A stretch of DNA of 64,000 nucleotides. Source: an uncultured Collinsella sp. (GTDB taxonomy: Bacteria > Actinomycetota > Coriobacteriia > Coriobacteriales > Coriobacteriaceae). The stretch is from the NCBI GenBank assembly GCA_959602645.1, contig CAUGTZ010000008.1, positions 3,149 through 67,148 on the forward strand, read 5' to 3'. A model generated the notes under the pieces. That model saw only the letters and a program-made list of their open reading frames with translations, was not told the DNA's origin and did not search any database. Both the position numbers and the translations under genes were made by a program. This document shows positions 62,867-64,000 of this stretch, one piece after another (the stretch's first letter is position 1; the number at the start of each line of letters is the position of its first letter).

Positions 62867-64000
62867 CTAATCAACCACGTGGGTCGTGGCGACCTGTTTG
62901 AGCCAGGCCGCCGACTTCTTAAGACGGCGCTTATAGCCATCCATCAGATCGACCTCGACAAAGCCATAGCGATTCTTAAAGGCATTGGCCCAAGACCAGT
63001 TATCGATGACGGCCCAATAATGGTATCCGCGGCACTTGGCGCCCTCGTCGATGGCCTTGGCCACCCACTCCAGGTGCTGACGTACAAAGTCGACGCGGTA
63101 GTCATCCTGGATGGTTCCTTCGGCGTCACGGTTCTTGTATTCGTCCATGATGCCGATGCCGTTCTCGGAAACGAACCACTCAAGATCGGGGTAGTTCTTA
63201 GCGCAGTCCATGCCAAAGTCGTAGAGGCCCTGCGGGTAGATCTCCCAGCCGCGGCTCTCGTTCATAACGGCGTCGGGCCATACGTACTCGTCGGCAAAGT
63301 GCGGCAGGCCGTACTGGTCGACCTTGCTCGCCGGCGCCTGAACACGCGTGGGGTGGTAGTAGTTGCAGCCTAGCCAGTCGACAACACCCTGCTTGAGGAT
63401 CTCTTGGTCGCCGGCGCGGAACGGGAGCTTAACGCCGCCCTCGGCCAGGCTGTCGAGCACGTCGGCAGGAAGCTCGCCCTTGGTGATGAGGTCGAGCCAC
63501 CAGCGGTTGTTGATGCCGCTGGTCATGCGCACGGCCTCGAGGTCCGCCTCGCTGGGGTTCTCCTTGGTGTAGACCGGGGTAAAGCAGTTGATCATGCCGA
63601 TCTTGGCATCGGCGCGAATAGCGCCCTCGTCATAGGCGCGACGATAGTTGGCCACGGCCAGCGCGTGCGCCAGCGAGATGTGATACTGCACGGTGCGGGC
63701 GCGGTTGAAGTCGTGGAGCTGCGGGAACCACACGCCCTCCTGATAGCGCTGCTCGGGCTCGACGATGGGCTCGTTAAAGGTGAACCAGTACTTAATCTCC
63801 TGGCCAAACTCGTGGAAGGCGACGTCGGCGTAATGTGCGTAAGCCTCGACAACCTCACGGCTCTCCCAGCCGCCACGGTTAAAGAGGTAGGTGGGCATGT
63901 CAAAGTGGTACAAGTTGACAAACGGCTCCAAGCCGGCTTCGCGAGAGGCGCGGAACAACTCGTGATACCACGCGGCACCTTCCTCGTTGAGGTTGCCGTC
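62867..64000 (-). CDS. GH1 6-phospho-beta-glucosidase, N-terminus cut by the window end
   Basis: The frame stays open to position 64000 (…DGNLNEEGAAWYHELFRASREAG…); NLYHFDMP, TFNEP, VSENGIG motifs. Confidence 0.85.
   Translation of the reverse strand, partial: DGNLNEEGAAWYHELFRASREAGLEPFVNLYHFDMPTYLFNRGGWESREVVEAYAHYADVAFHEFGQEIKYWFTFNEPIVEPEQRYQEGVWFPQLHDFNRARTVQYHISLAHALAVANYRRAYDEGAIRADAKIGMINCFTPVYTKENPSEADLEAVRMTSGINNRWWLDLITKGELPADVLDSLAEGGVKLPFRAGDQEILKQGVVDWLGCNYYHPTRVQAPASKVDQYGLPHFADEYVWPDAVMNESRGWEIYPQGLYDFGMDCAKNYPDLEWFVSENGIGIMDEYKNRDAEGTIQDDYRVDFVRQHLEWVAKAIDEGAKCRGYHYWAVIDNWSWANAFKNRYGFVEVDLMDGYKRRLKKSAAWLKQVATTHVVD

Overview
64-kb window of a high-GC Gram-positive chromosome. 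Gene content and protein style suggest Actinomycetota/Coriobacteriia, possibly a Collinsella-like gut organism; this is inference only, with no search run. The left half (1-33 kb) is a carbohydrate-utilisation supercluster. It holds lacAB (galactose-6-P isomerase), a lone EIIA-Lac, and three tandem diverged cassettes, each a LacI-type regulator plus PTS lactose EIICB plus GH1 6-phospho-beta-galactosidase. It continues with a Phd/ParE toxin-antitoxin pair, a DeoR regulator with mutarotase, an orphan EIIB-Man paralog lacking the phospho-His, and tRNA-Thr(CGU). It ends in a GalNAc/GalN-type cluster: YhcH, LacC tagatose-6-P kinase, LacX-like epimerase, flavodoxin, NagA/AgaA, AgaS, a GntR regulator, and mannose-family PTS IIA-YajC-IIB-IIC-IID. 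The right half (33-64 kb) is mostly housekeeping: isocitrate dehydrogenase, DegV, HPF, an ABC binding lipoprotein, ComFC, PSP1/RicT, HolB, Tmk, TopA, HypBA, TatCA, a STAS protein, an aminotransferase, NhaA, PpaC and ROK glucokinase. It ends in a cellobiose-type PTS IIA/IIB/IIC plus a GH1 6-P-beta-glucosidase cut by the window edge. I saw no rRNA, CRISPR, transposase, integrase or recognisable defence genes other than the TA pair. The most unusual content is non-coding: three unrelated families of structured intergenic repeats (A, B, C), one MITE-like element, a 23-bp perfect palindrome, and a 21-bp-phased direct-repeat motif shared by several sugar promoters. Many long antisense ORFs in the supplied track are GC-driven shadows and are not called.
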